In this document: in pieces, positions 19,615 through 27,124 of the stretch
How the letters are laid out: each line of letters begins with the position of its first letter
Numbering within the stretch: position 1 is the first letter of the stretch
Source: Patescibacteria group bacterium
Lineage (GTDB): Bacteria; Patescibacteriota; Microgenomatia; PFEM01; JBHPGO01
DNA: 64,000 bases
NCBI GenBank assembly: GCA_042570465.1
Contig: JBHPGO010000001.1
Span: 1,656-65,655, forward strand
Reading direction: 5' to 3'
Program-made: the position numbers and the translations under genes
The notes under the pieces: model-generated
The model's input: the letters and a program-made list of their open reading frames with translations, nothing else
What the model was told of the DNA's origin: nothing
Databases searched by the model: none

Positions 19615-19670
19615 CAGTTTTTCCACCCCATTTTCCACCCCAGGGGTGACTTAGGTTGACACCCCTGGTA
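19615..19670. repeat. left inverted repeat (ccaccccaggggtgacttaggttgacacccctgg)
   Basis: Reverse complement of 20391–20450. Confidence 0.6.
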
Positions 19671-19848
19671 TTTCTACAATTTCAAAGGATAAACCAAACA
19701 CTTTAAATTAATCCCACCCCCTGGGCATATCAATTGATTTCCTAGGTCATTTTTCCAATAATGGCAAAATTACTCCATTAGCTACATTTCATTAATAATT
19801 AAAATATTTATGCAATAAGCAAGAATTTGTGATACATTTAAAATAATA

Positions 19849-20298
19849 ATGAAAAGCAAAATCGTAGGGCTACTTTTTATTGCTACCGGTGCCTTAATGC
19901 TGGGTACTTTTATCCTTTCAATGCTAATGTTTTTTGGTGATGGGGAAGACAGGGCATTAATAGGTGGTGTTTTTTCTCTTATTCTTGGAATTTATAGTAT
20001 AGTCCTAGGGTCTGCGATAAGGGGAAGGAAAAAATGGGCTTGGTATGCAGGAATAATTACTTTATCATTGGCACTCGTAGGAAATGTAATAACATTATTT
20101 GTTAACTTTTCTTCCTTTTTGATTTTACCTATTGTGTTGGAAGTTGTTTCAATTTATGCGATGTATGCAGATAAAAGCCAATTCTTAACCGAATCAGAAA
20201 CAACCTCAAGTACTGTGATGCCCGCTACTGAACCACAGACAGAGATTATCAATATCCAACCAAGTCCACCGCAACCAATTAATCAAGATAGTCAATAG
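19849..20298 (+). CDS. small multi-TM membrane protein (149 aa)
   Basis: Three hydrophobic helices; lies between the inverted repeats. Confidence 0.4.
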   Translation: MKSKIVGLLFIATGALMLGTFILSMLMFFGDGEDRALIGGVFSLILGIYSIVLGSAIRGRKKWAWYAGIITLSLALVGNVITLFVNFSSFLILPIVLEVVSIYAMYADKSQFLTESETTSSTVMPATEPQTEIINIQPSPPQPINQDSQ

Positions 20299-20390
20299 CT
20301 TCAAGATCCCCACAAGTCATCCACTCCTGGTGTAACTTAGGTCTTTCTCTCAAAAAGTCAATCAAATTTAACCAGAAAACTGTAGATTCC

Positions 20391-20450
20391 CAGGGGTGTC
20401 AACCTAAGTCACCCCTGGGGTGGATTTCGTGGGGTGGATTTCGCATCGCT
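20391..20450. repeat. right inverted repeat (ccaggggtgtcaacctaagtcacccctgg + ggggtggatttcg x2)
   Basis: Reverse complement of 19615–19670. Confidence 0.6.
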
Positions 20451-20583
20451 TTTGAGCGGGATGCGGGATTCGGAGGGTCCGAAACTTCTTGTTTAGTTTG
20501 AATCTTCCCAGGGAGATCTCCAATTGTCGTCTTTAGTTTGAAAGTTAGGTGGAGTTTGGGTTCGAATCTATGCATCCCTTTTG
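20442..20583 (-). pseudogene. partial copy of tRNA-Gly(TCC) 3' end (T-loop TTCG + GACCCTCC + GAATCCCGCATCCCGCTCA) with a 130-bp unit
   Basis: gcatcgcttttgagcgggatgcgggattcggagggtccgaaac repeats the tRNA 3' terminus at 20572–20600. Confidence 0.6.
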
Positions 20584-20654
20584 AGCGGGATGCGGGATTC
20601 GAACCCGCGTCTTCACCTTGGAAGGGTGATGTTGAGCCTCTCAACTAATCCCGC
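20584..20654 (-). tRNA. tRNA-Gly(TCC)
   Basis: Hand-folded cloverleaf: acceptor GCGGGAT/ATCCCGC, anticodon loop CTTCCAA, T-arm GCGGG-TTCGAAT-CCCGC. Confidence 0.75.
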
Positions 20655-20726
20655 TGATTTTTTAGATAGTTTTCCAGTCTTCTTTTTAAATATCCTCTGC
20701 CAAACCCAGTTTTTAATTGTTTTTCT

Positions 20727-20889
20727 CGTCTTCACCTTGCCCGACAAAAGGTTCGAGACTTCGACCGCATTTAGTCGGGTCCGCCAAATTGCGTTCTGCA
20801 GTACAGAACCTTTTGGCGTGAGAAGGGTGATGTTGAGCCACCCCGCCGAAAAGCTTCGCATTTTTGCGGGCAGGTCAACTAATCCTGCT
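20727..20889 (-). pseudogene. 5'-portion copy of tRNA-Gly(TCC) interrupted by a ~34-nt insert in the D-loop and a ~85-nt insert in the anticodon loop
   Basis: The sequence matches the tRNA 5' half (including the ctgattttt flank) once the insertions are removed. Confidence 0.55.
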
Positions 20890-20956
20890 GATTTTTCAAA
20901 TATTAGAATTTATATTCAAGCCAGATTCGCAGTAATTTAATACTATTTTATCAAAA

Positions 20957-21724
20957 TTGACCTCTTTGATCAATGACTGTATAGTTAGGGAAATGGCTAA
21001 GAAAATCAACGTTATCAAGCACGGTGGCTCTTCTGAACTATACGATCGGCAAAAAGTTTTGCAGTCAATCCTTCGTTCTCAAGTCAACGATCATCAAGCT
21101 CAGGAAATTTTATCCAGAGTTGAAAAAAGGCTTCATGATGGGATCAGCACAAAGAGTCTTTACCAAATCGTTAACCGGGAAATTGTTCGTCAGGATCTTC
21201 CCCACTGCTCTGATCTTTACCGACTCAGAGAAGCAGTGGCGACGATGGATTCAATTGATTTTGAAAAATTTGTCAAAGAAATTTTGACCAAAGAGGGCTT
21301 TGAAGCTCAGTGGAATTTGATATTAAACGGTTTATGCATTGACCATCAGATCGATGTCGTGGCTAAAAATAAGAATGGCCAGGTTTATTACGTGGAGGTT
21401 AAACACCACCGCCATTACCACCGTGATACAGGCTTGGGAACCGTAATTGAGCTTTGGGGTCGCTACAAAGACTTGATGGATGGCTACCATAAAAGTCGTC
21501 AACCTTATGATTTTGCTTCGGCATGGCTGATCACCAACACCAAGTTTTCCCGACACGCAAAGAAGTTTTCGGCATGCAAAAACTTAAGATTAACCGGCTG
21601 GCATTATTTTTTAAAGGAAAAAGGACAGGAAAGTAAGAATGGTTTGGAAAAAGAGTTTGAAAGCTTAGGGGTGGACCAGGTTAGCCTCCTGGTGAAAAAA
21701 GTAATTGAGGGAAGTTTATCGTAA
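20957..21724 (+). CDS. ATP-cone domain fused to Mrr-like (PD-(D/E)xK) restriction endonuclease domain
   Basis: N-terminal INVIKHGGSSELYDRQKVLQSI..STKSLYQIVNREI is ATP-cone-like. The central FEKFVKEILTKEGFEA..IDHQIDVVAKNKNGQVYYVEVKH matches the Mrr_cat D...D/E-x-K core. Confidence 0.5.
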   Translation: MTSLINDCIVREMAKKINVIKHGGSSELYDRQKVLQSILRSQVNDHQAQEILSRVEKRLHDGISTKSLYQIVNREIVRQDLPHCSDLYRLREAVATMDSIDFEKFVKEILTKEGFEAQWNLILNGLCIDHQIDVVAKNKNGQVYYVEVKHHRHYHRDTGLGTVIELWGRYKDLMDGYHKSRQPYDFASAWLITNTKFSRHAKKFSACKNLRLTGWHYFLKEKGQESKNGLEKEFESLGVDQVSLLVKKVIEGSLS

Positions 21725-21759
21725 TTGACTTCTGTGAAAAATTTGATACCATTTGGTTA

Positions 21760-22908
21760 ATGATGAAAAAGGTTATTGGTCTAACTATCTTTCTAATTTT
21801 GTCCTCTCTTTTCTTAGGAACTGCTCAAGCACAGGAAACCCCAAGAGTTGTTTTTGTTAATTCTCGAGAAGAGATCAACCACGATTATTTAAACGCCGGA
21901 GAAAGCGTGACAATTTCTGGTGTTGTTAATGGTGATGTTTATTTGGCGGGGGTCAATGTTATTGTTGATGGCCAGGTCAACGGTGATCTATTAGTGGCGG
22001 CTGGTAATTTAAGCTTGTTGGGTGAGGTTTCTGGTGATGTTCGGGCTGTTGGAAGCCATGTTTTGGTTAATGGCTTAGTTGGAAAAAACATGTCTTTTGC
22101 CGGAGGAACATTGGTCACCACCGAGCAATCAGTCATTACCGGCAGTTTGATGGCGGCTGGCTCTAACCTTGAAATCAATGGTCCAATTGGACTAGACGCT
22201 CAAGTTTATGCCAAGGAACTAACTTTGAATAATCAAATCGGTCGAGATTTAAAAGGGGGTTTTGAAGTTTTAACTCTTACTTCGGGAGCCAGTATTAACG
22301 GAAATTTAGACTACAAAAGCCCTCAAGAAGCAGAAATTGTCGGAGGAGTTGTTGGGGGTTTGACTAATTATGAGAAAGTCGCCACTGGCTCAGTGAAAAA
22401 GAGCCAAGAAAAGAACCGACCTCTTAAAAAACCCAATCTCTTTACCGGACTGCCAAGCCTTATCTTTACTTTTTTTCTCGGCTGGTTTTTTATCCGTCTT
22501 TTTCCTCAGAGAGCCAAGGGAGTGGTTGATGTTTTGGGCTCTCGTCTTTTTTTGTCTTTTGGCTTGGGATTAGTTTTCTTAATCATGCTGGCTCCGTTTT
22601 TTGTTTTCCTGGCGCTGACAATTATCGGCATCCCCTTTATTCCTCTTCTGATTCCGGTCATTGGTTTATTAATTTATTTGGTGAGAGTTTTTCCGGCTCT
22701 TTGGTTGGGCCAAAAAATTCTTTCCCGAAAAGACTTTTCAAAAAATCAAACACTGCCTCTTCTAGTTGGTTTGCTATTATATTTCGCTCTCCGACATGTT
22801 TGGGTCCTGGGTAGCTTGACTCTTTTTGTTTTTGTTTGCCTTGGTTTGGGGGCCTTTATTTTAGACCAAAAGAACCTTCGAAAGGCTAAGAAAAAAGCCA
22901 AAAAGTAG
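21760..22908 (+). CDS. secreted beta-helix repeat protein (bactofilin/DUF4097-like V-x-G repeats) with C-terminal multi-TM domain
   Basis: Signal peptide; repeated GDV..G.V..G.V motifs; four or more C-terminal hydrophobic helices. Confidence 0.4.
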   Translation: MMKKVIGLTIFLILSSLFLGTAQAQETPRVVFVNSREEINHDYLNAGESVTISGVVNGDVYLAGVNVIVDGQVNGDLLVAAGNLSLLGEVSGDVRAVGSHVLVNGLVGKNMSFAGGTLVTTEQSVITGSLMAAGSNLEINGPIGLDAQVYAKELTLNNQIGRDLKGGFEVLTLTSGASINGNLDYKSPQEAEIVGGVVGGLTNYEKVATGSVKKSQEKNRPLKKPNLFTGLPSLIFTFFLGWFFIRLFPQRAKGVVDVLGSRLFLSFGLGLVFLIMLAPFFVFLALTIIGIPFIPLLIPVIGLLIYLVRVFPALWLGQKILSRKDFSKNQTLPLLVGLLLYFALRHVWVLGSLTLFVFVCLGLGAFILDQKNLRKAKKKAKK

Positions 22909-22959
22909 CTCTGTCATTTTCTTCTTGACACTTCGAATAAACAAGATTATATTTAAATT

Positions 22960-23601
22960 ATGCTTCATAAGATTGGGGTTGGTAAATTTCTGCTGGTTTT
23001 GATTGTTCTGGGTCTGTTTTTGAGCTTTTCAAATCTTGCTCAGGCCAATGTGGTTTCTTCTTTAGCTGTTCCTACTCCTAAAGATAAAGTGGCTCCTAAA
23101 GATAAAGTGGCTTCTTCAATGACTGTGCCAGCCACTGGCAGTGGAAAAAACCTAAAGGAAATTCGTGAGAAGGTTGAAGAAAAGCGCGCTTCAATTTCAG
23201 CGAAGTTAACTGCCCGGCGGCAAGAAAGAATCAGGGCTTTTCACCAGAGGATGATGAAGCGGTTTGAGGCGGCCTTAAATCGCTTAGAATTATTAATTGA
23301 GCGAATGAAATCTCGCTTGGAAAAAATTGAATTGGCCGATGAGGAAATTGAGACAACTGAAATCAAGGAAAAGCTCGATGAGCTTGAGTCTGAATTAGTC
23401 GAGATTTCTGAGGCTTTAAGTGAGGCCGAGGCGGCTTTAGAAGGAGTGCTGGTTTCTGATGACCCTAAGGGGGCTTATCAAGAAGTTCGTGACTTAGTCA
23501 AGGAAATTAAGGGCCAGATGGTCGAGGTCCACCGCTCGCTAGTCGAGTTAATTGGAGACATGAAAGGTTTAAGGGTTGGGCAAATTGAAGAAGAAAGTTA
23601 A
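22960..23601 (+). CDS. secreted coiled-coil protein
   Basis: Signal peptide; internal duplication VPTPKDKVAPKDKVAS; long charged heptads. Confidence 0.4.
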   Translation: MLHKIGVGKFLLVLIVLGLFLSFSNLAQANVVSSLAVPTPKDKVAPKDKVASSMTVPATGSGKNLKEIREKVEEKRASISAKLTARRQERIRAFHQRMMKRFEAALNRLELLIERMKSRLEKIELADEEIETTEIKEKLDELESELVEISEALSEAEAALEGVLVSDDPKGAYQEVRDLVKEIKGQMVEVHRSLVELIGDMKGLRVGQIEEES

Positions 23602-23603
23602 AG

Positions 23604-24137
23604 ATGAAAAAAACTAAAGCAGCTAAACCGGAAATATTTCTTGAATCAGTTGAGGTTGAGGATAAAGCCGAAGACAAGCTTGATGACCAGGAATCTAAAG
23701 AAATTAAGGTGGAAGACAGGACTGAAGATCTAAAAGTTAAAGAAAGTGAGCTTGAAGATAAAGTTGAGGACATGGAAGTCAGGAAAGACAAAGATGGCAC
23801 TCCTAAAAAATCTTTAAATAAATTGTGGATATTGTGGCTCTTTTTGGCTTTTGTCTTGGCCTTTGCCGTTGGAGGTTTCTCTTGGTTTTTACAGAACAAA
23901 TTTTTTGGAAATCAGTCGACCCCAATTGGAAAAGAGTCTAGTTCTATCTCAGTTGATTATAATTCTGAACTTCCTGTTGGGGAAGAGCCAGTCAGCCACG
24001 CCGTAGAAATGGTTAAGCTGGAAACACAAAGTAGCTCTGACGAGATTGACTCAATCGAAAAAGATCTTCAAGCAACTGACTTTTCAAGTCTTGATAGTGA
24101 GCTGATTGAGATTGAAGCAGAAATTTCTTCTGAATAA
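23604..24137 (+). CDS. acidic single-TM membrane protein
   Basis: Charged N-terminus; TM WILWLFLAFVLAFAVGGFSWFL. Confidence 0.4.
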   Translation: MKKTKAAKPEIFLESVEVEDKAEDKLDDQESKEIKVEDRTEDLKVKESELEDKVEDMEVRKDKDGTPKKSLNKLWILWLFLAFVLAFAVGGFSWFLQNKFFGNQSTPIGKESSSISVDYNSELPVGEEPVSHAVEMVKLETQSSSDEIDSIEKDLQATDFSSLDSELIEIEAEISSE

Positions 24138-24184
24138 TCCTGAATTGTTTATCTTGTTTCCTTTTTTTGCTATAATTTCCTTAC

Positions 24185-24336
24185 TAAGGTTATTGTTTTT
24201 ACACTAAAAGATATTTTCCATGGGAAATAGTTTATTCAGAGACATTTAATACACTAAATAAGGCGAGAGGGCGAGAAAGATATTTAAAATCATTTGCTGG
24301 CAGGAAGTGGATGAAGAAATTTGTTTTTAAAAACTA
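24185..24336 (+). pseudogene. degenerate 3' remnant of a GIY-YIG gene copy
   Basis: The sequence acactaaaagata..ccatgggaaatagtttattcag...gtttttaaaaactag aligns to the 3' ends of the two intact copies. Confidence 0.5.
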
Positions 24337-24417
24337 GCCGAGGTGGCGAAATTGGCCCGCCTCGACTCGCGGAGATAAATATTCGAGTCGACGCGAGGCG
24401 GGCAGACGCGAAACAAA
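24337..24417 (+). repeat. tRNA-Leu(TAA) 5' fragment (gccgaggtggcgaaattggc) + 46-nt GC-rich palindrome + cagacgcgaa, copy 1
   Basis: Identical to tRNA positions 1–20 and 21–30 at 24989, with the insertion ccgcctcgactcgcggagataaatattcgagtcgacgcgaggcggg between them. Confidence 0.65.
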
Positions 24418-24663
24418 ATGTATTTTGTTTATCTGCTTAAAAGCAAGAAACATAATAAAAGCTATGTAGGAATGACTAAAGATTTGGAAATAAGACTTAG
24501 GCGACATAATCAAGGGTATTATAATTACACTAAAAGATACTTGCCATGGGAAATAGTTTATTCAGAAAAAATTGATACATTGGAGAATGCGACCAAGCGT
24601 GAGAAGTATCTTAAATCAGCAGCTGGTCGGAAATGGTTGAAAAGAGTTGTTTTTAAAAACTAG
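24418..24663 (+). CDS. GIY-YIG nuclease family protein (short YhbQ/Slx1-N-like, 81 aa)
   Basis: YFVYLLKS..YVGMT.DLE.RL..HN motif; the stop codon abuts the tRNA 5'-fragment repeat. Confidence 0.65.
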   Translation: MYFVYLLKSKKHNKSYVGMTKDLEIRLRRHNQGYYNYTKRYLPWEIVYSEKIDTLENATKREKYLKSAAGRKWLKRVVFKN

Positions 24664-24743
24664 CCGAGGTGGCGAAATTGGCCCGCCTCGACTCGCGGAG
24701 ATAAATATTCGAGTCGACGCGAGGCGGGCAGACGCGAAACAAA
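24663..24743 (+). repeat. tRNA-Leu(TAA) 5' fragment + GC palindrome, copy 2 (326-bp tandem unit)
   Basis: Exact repeat of 24337–24417. Confidence 0.65.
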
Positions 24744-24989
24744 ATGTATTTTGTTTATCTGCTTAAAAGCAAGAAACATAATAAAAGCTATGTAGGAATG
24801 ACTAAAGATTTGGAAATAAGACTTAGGCGACATAATCAAGGGTATTATAATTACACTAAAAGATACTTGCCATGGGAAATAGTTTATTCAGAAAAAATTG
24901 ATACATTGGAGAATGCGACCAAGCGTGAGAAGTATCTTAAATCAGCAGCTGGTCGGAAATGGTTGAAAAGAGTTGTTTTTAAAAACTAG
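24744..24989 (+). CDS. GIY-YIG nuclease family protein, identical second copy
   Basis: Identical 81-aa translation to 24418..24663. Confidence 0.65.
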   Translation: MYFVYLLKSKKHNKSYVGMTKDLEIRLRRHNQGYYNYTKRYLPWEIVYSEKIDTLENATKREKYLKSAAGRKWLKRVVFKN

Positions 24990-25072
24990 CCGAGGTGGCG
25001 AAATTGGCAGACGCGAAGGACTTAAAATCCTTTGGTGGCAACACCGTGTGGGTTCGACTCCCTCCCTCGGCA
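24989..25072 (+). tRNA. tRNA-Leu(TAA), long variable arm
   Basis: Acceptor GCCGAGG/CCTCGGC, D-arm GCGAAATTGGCAGACGC, anticodon stem AAGGA/TCCTT with loop CTTAAAA, T-loop TTCGACT, discriminator A. Confidence 0.75.
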
Positions 25073-25236
25073 CTTCTGCTAAGCAGAATATCTCATGGGA
25101 GGTAGAGTCGAACCCATTGAGAACCAAGCTACGAATAAGTAAGGTGCTTTGGAAATAAATTTAACAAGGTTGATTGAAATAAAACGGAATGGACACTCCG
25201 ACTCCCTGCCTGCCGGCAGGCAGGCCTCCCTCGGCA
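25073..25236 (+). repeat. 164-bp tandem unit 1 ending in a copy of the tRNA-Leu 3' end split by a 20-nt perfect palindrome (gcctgccggcaggcaggcct)
   Basis: The unit ends ...cgactccct[gcctgccggcaggcaggcct]ccctcggca. The same palindrome occurs at 1160–1179. Confidence 0.65.
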
Positions 25237-25400
25237 CTTCTGCTAAGCAGAATATCTCATGGGAGGTAGAGTCGAACCCATTGAGAACCAAGCTACGAAT
25301 AAGTAAGGTGCTTTGGAAATAAATTTAACAAGGTTGATTGAAATAAAACGGAATGGACACTCCGACTCCCTGCCTGCCGGCAGGCAGGCCTCCCTCGGCA
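25237..25400 (+). repeat. 164-bp tandem unit 2
   Basis: Near-exact repeat of 25073–25236. Confidence 0.65.
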
Positions 25401-25495
25401 CCCTTCGACTACGCTCAGGGTAAACTTCCTGCAAAGCAGGTTGCCTGCATTGACACCATAGGTGTGCAGAAGGTATACTTTGGATAAATATAAAA

Positions 25496-25696
25496 ATGGA
25501 AATCGTCAAAGTCAAAGATCAAGAGCAACTAACCCCTGACCTGGAAGAGTCTATGCCAGGCATTAGTGGTATTATTGACAGTGCCGGCAGAGGTGATATT
25601 AATTCGATAAGTGCGCTTAGAATTATAATGGGTTTAAGAATGGAAAATCTTGAGACAAGGGAAAGACTGATTAATCATCTTCATGACTCTCTTTAA
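25496..25696 (+). CDS. small hypothetical protein (66 aa)
   Basis: A short ORF with no other support. Confidence 0.2.
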   Translation: MEIVKVKDQEQLTPDLEESMPGISGIIDSAGRGDINSISALRIIMGLRMENLETRERLINHLHDSL

Positions 25697-25823
25697 TAAT
25701 ATTAATAACCTCTTCACTTACTAGTTTCTCACACCTCCGGTGTGTACTAGCTAGACACCTAAGGTAAATCGTTATTTATTGTTGAACATCTGCCTCTTTT
25801 GAGTTAAAATATAACCAACTAAG

Positions 25824-26027
25824 ATGCCTGAAGGATTACCTATTCTTTCTGATATTTCCAGGACTGAGGAAAAAGGACTAGTCAAAGTTCTACAGGCCAT
25901 GGGTACATATCGCCCAACTGGGCAAGAATATCGAGTTGATGGGCTAGCAGGTTTTAAGAACTTGCTAGCTAGGTCACAAGCAATAGTTATTCACTTGCCT
26001 GAATCAAACCAACTAGATAAAAGATAA
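25824..26027 (+). CDS. small hypothetical protein (67 aa)
   Basis: A short ORF with no other support. Confidence 0.2.
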   Translation: MPEGLPILSDISRTEEKGLVKVLQAMGTYRPTGQEYRVDGLAGFKNLLARSQAIVIHLPESNQLDKR

Positions 26028-26042
26028 ATAATTTTTTTACTT

Positions 26043-26240
26043 ATGAAAGAGCTTGCTAAAAAACATGAGGGTGAGCCTGAAAAGCCGATAGCTTATCCTA
26101 AGGCCGTTGGAATAATCGGAAGAGAGTGCTTGACTTATGTCTTCCCTGGCCAAGAGCCTGAGGGCTACCTAGAAGCTTTAGAGACTCTCAATCGTGAGAG
26201 CCCTTTCAAAATAGTCATTACTCGCCTTGGGTCTATTTAA
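26043..26240 (+). CDS. small hypothetical protein (65 aa)
   Basis: A short ORF with no other support. Confidence 0.2.
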   Translation: MKELAKKHEGEPEKPIAYPKAVGIIGRECLTYVFPGQEPEGYLEALETLNRESPFKIVITRLGSI

Positions 26241-26261
26241 GAAGTTAGTTAAAAAACCATA

Positions 26262-26334
26262 CGGAGAGTGGCGCAGCTGGTAGCGCGCGCGCTTTGGGAG
26301 CGCGAGGTCCCGGGTTCGAATCCCGGCTCTCCGA
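26262..26334 (+). tRNA. tRNA-Pro(TGG)
   Basis: Acceptor CGGAGAG/CTCTCCG, D-arm GCGC-AGCTGGTA-GCGC, anticodon stem CGCGC/GCGCG with loop TTTGGGA, T-arm CCGGG-TTCGAAT-CCCGG; 73 nt. Confidence 0.8.
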
Positions 26335-26391
26335 CTTGTTCTTTCTTTCAGGCTAAATTGGGGCTTTTCAAGGCACTGAAAGATTGCTACA

Positions 26392-27054
26392 ATGCTTTTT
26401 AGTCAAATGAAAGCTGTCAAAAAAATTAATAAAGATTTGAAGAAAAAAATTCCTGTTAAGTTTAAACTTAATAAATCTGTCAGGAATGTATTGATTGTTT
26501 TTCTTCTGGCTTTAGTCGTTGGTGGCATTTTTTGGCGTTTTAAGCACTATTTAATTGCTGCTTCGGTCAACAATCAGCCAATATACCGACTCTCGATTAT
26601 TAGTGAGCTCGAAAAACAAGCCGGCCAGCAAGCCTTGGAAAGCCTAGTTGCCAAAGAACTGGTTTTTCAGCAAGCCAAAAAATTAAATGTCAGTGTAGCT
26701 GAGGTTGAGCTTAAAGGTGAGATCGCTAAGATTGAAGAGCAGTTCAGTACTCAAGATTCTGACCTTGATAGTCTTTTAGAGGTTCAAGGCAGAAGCAGAG
26801 AAGATCTTCTTGAAGAGATTAAAATCCAACTTTTGATCGAAAAAATATTGGGCAAAGAAGTTGAGGTGACTGATCAGGAAGTGGCCGATTATTATGAAGA
26901 AAATCAAGATCTTTTTCCCGAAGAAAGCACTTTTGAAGAATTAGAGCAAAATCTTCAAGATCAACTCAGGCAGCAAAAACTAGGTGAAAAAGTTCCCGCT
27001 TGGCTGGAGGAAATAAAAGCTCAGGCAAATATTAAATACTTTCTCAAGTACTAA
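26392..27054 (+). CDS. membrane-anchored SurA-N/PpiD-like chaperone domain protein
   Basis: N-terminal TM; LESLVAKELVFQQAKKLNVSVAEVE resembles the SurA N-terminal domain. Weak. Confidence 0.35.
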   Translation: MLFSQMKAVKKINKDLKKKIPVKFKLNKSVRNVLIVFLLALVVGGIFWRFKHYLIAASVNNQPIYRLSIISELEKQAGQQALESLVAKELVFQQAKKLNVSVAEVELKGEIAKIEEQFSTQDSDLDSLLEVQGRSREDLLEEIKIQLLIEKILGKEVEVTDQEVADYYEENQDLFPEESTFEELEQNLQDQLRQQKLGEKVPAWLEEIKAQANIKYFLKY

Positions 27055-27124
27055 GTTAACTTCTTTTTAAAACGATTCATTCCTTAAACAGTTGTTTTGC
27101 TTTTTTGTGTAGTTGGTCAATTTC

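Noticed and set aside
20399-20940. ORF-track CDSs 20399..20644(-), 20581..20940(+), 20613..20861(-)
   Set aside because: They overlap tRNA-Gly(TCC) and its 5' and 3' fragment copies, so they are spurious frames through structured RNA-gene sequence.
24337-25400. Possible CRISPR array, because of the exact tandem repeats
   Set aside because: Repeat units are 326 bp and 164 bp and contain a complete protein-coding gene or tRNA-derived sequence. There are no short (24–48 bp) direct repeats with unique spacers and no cas genes.
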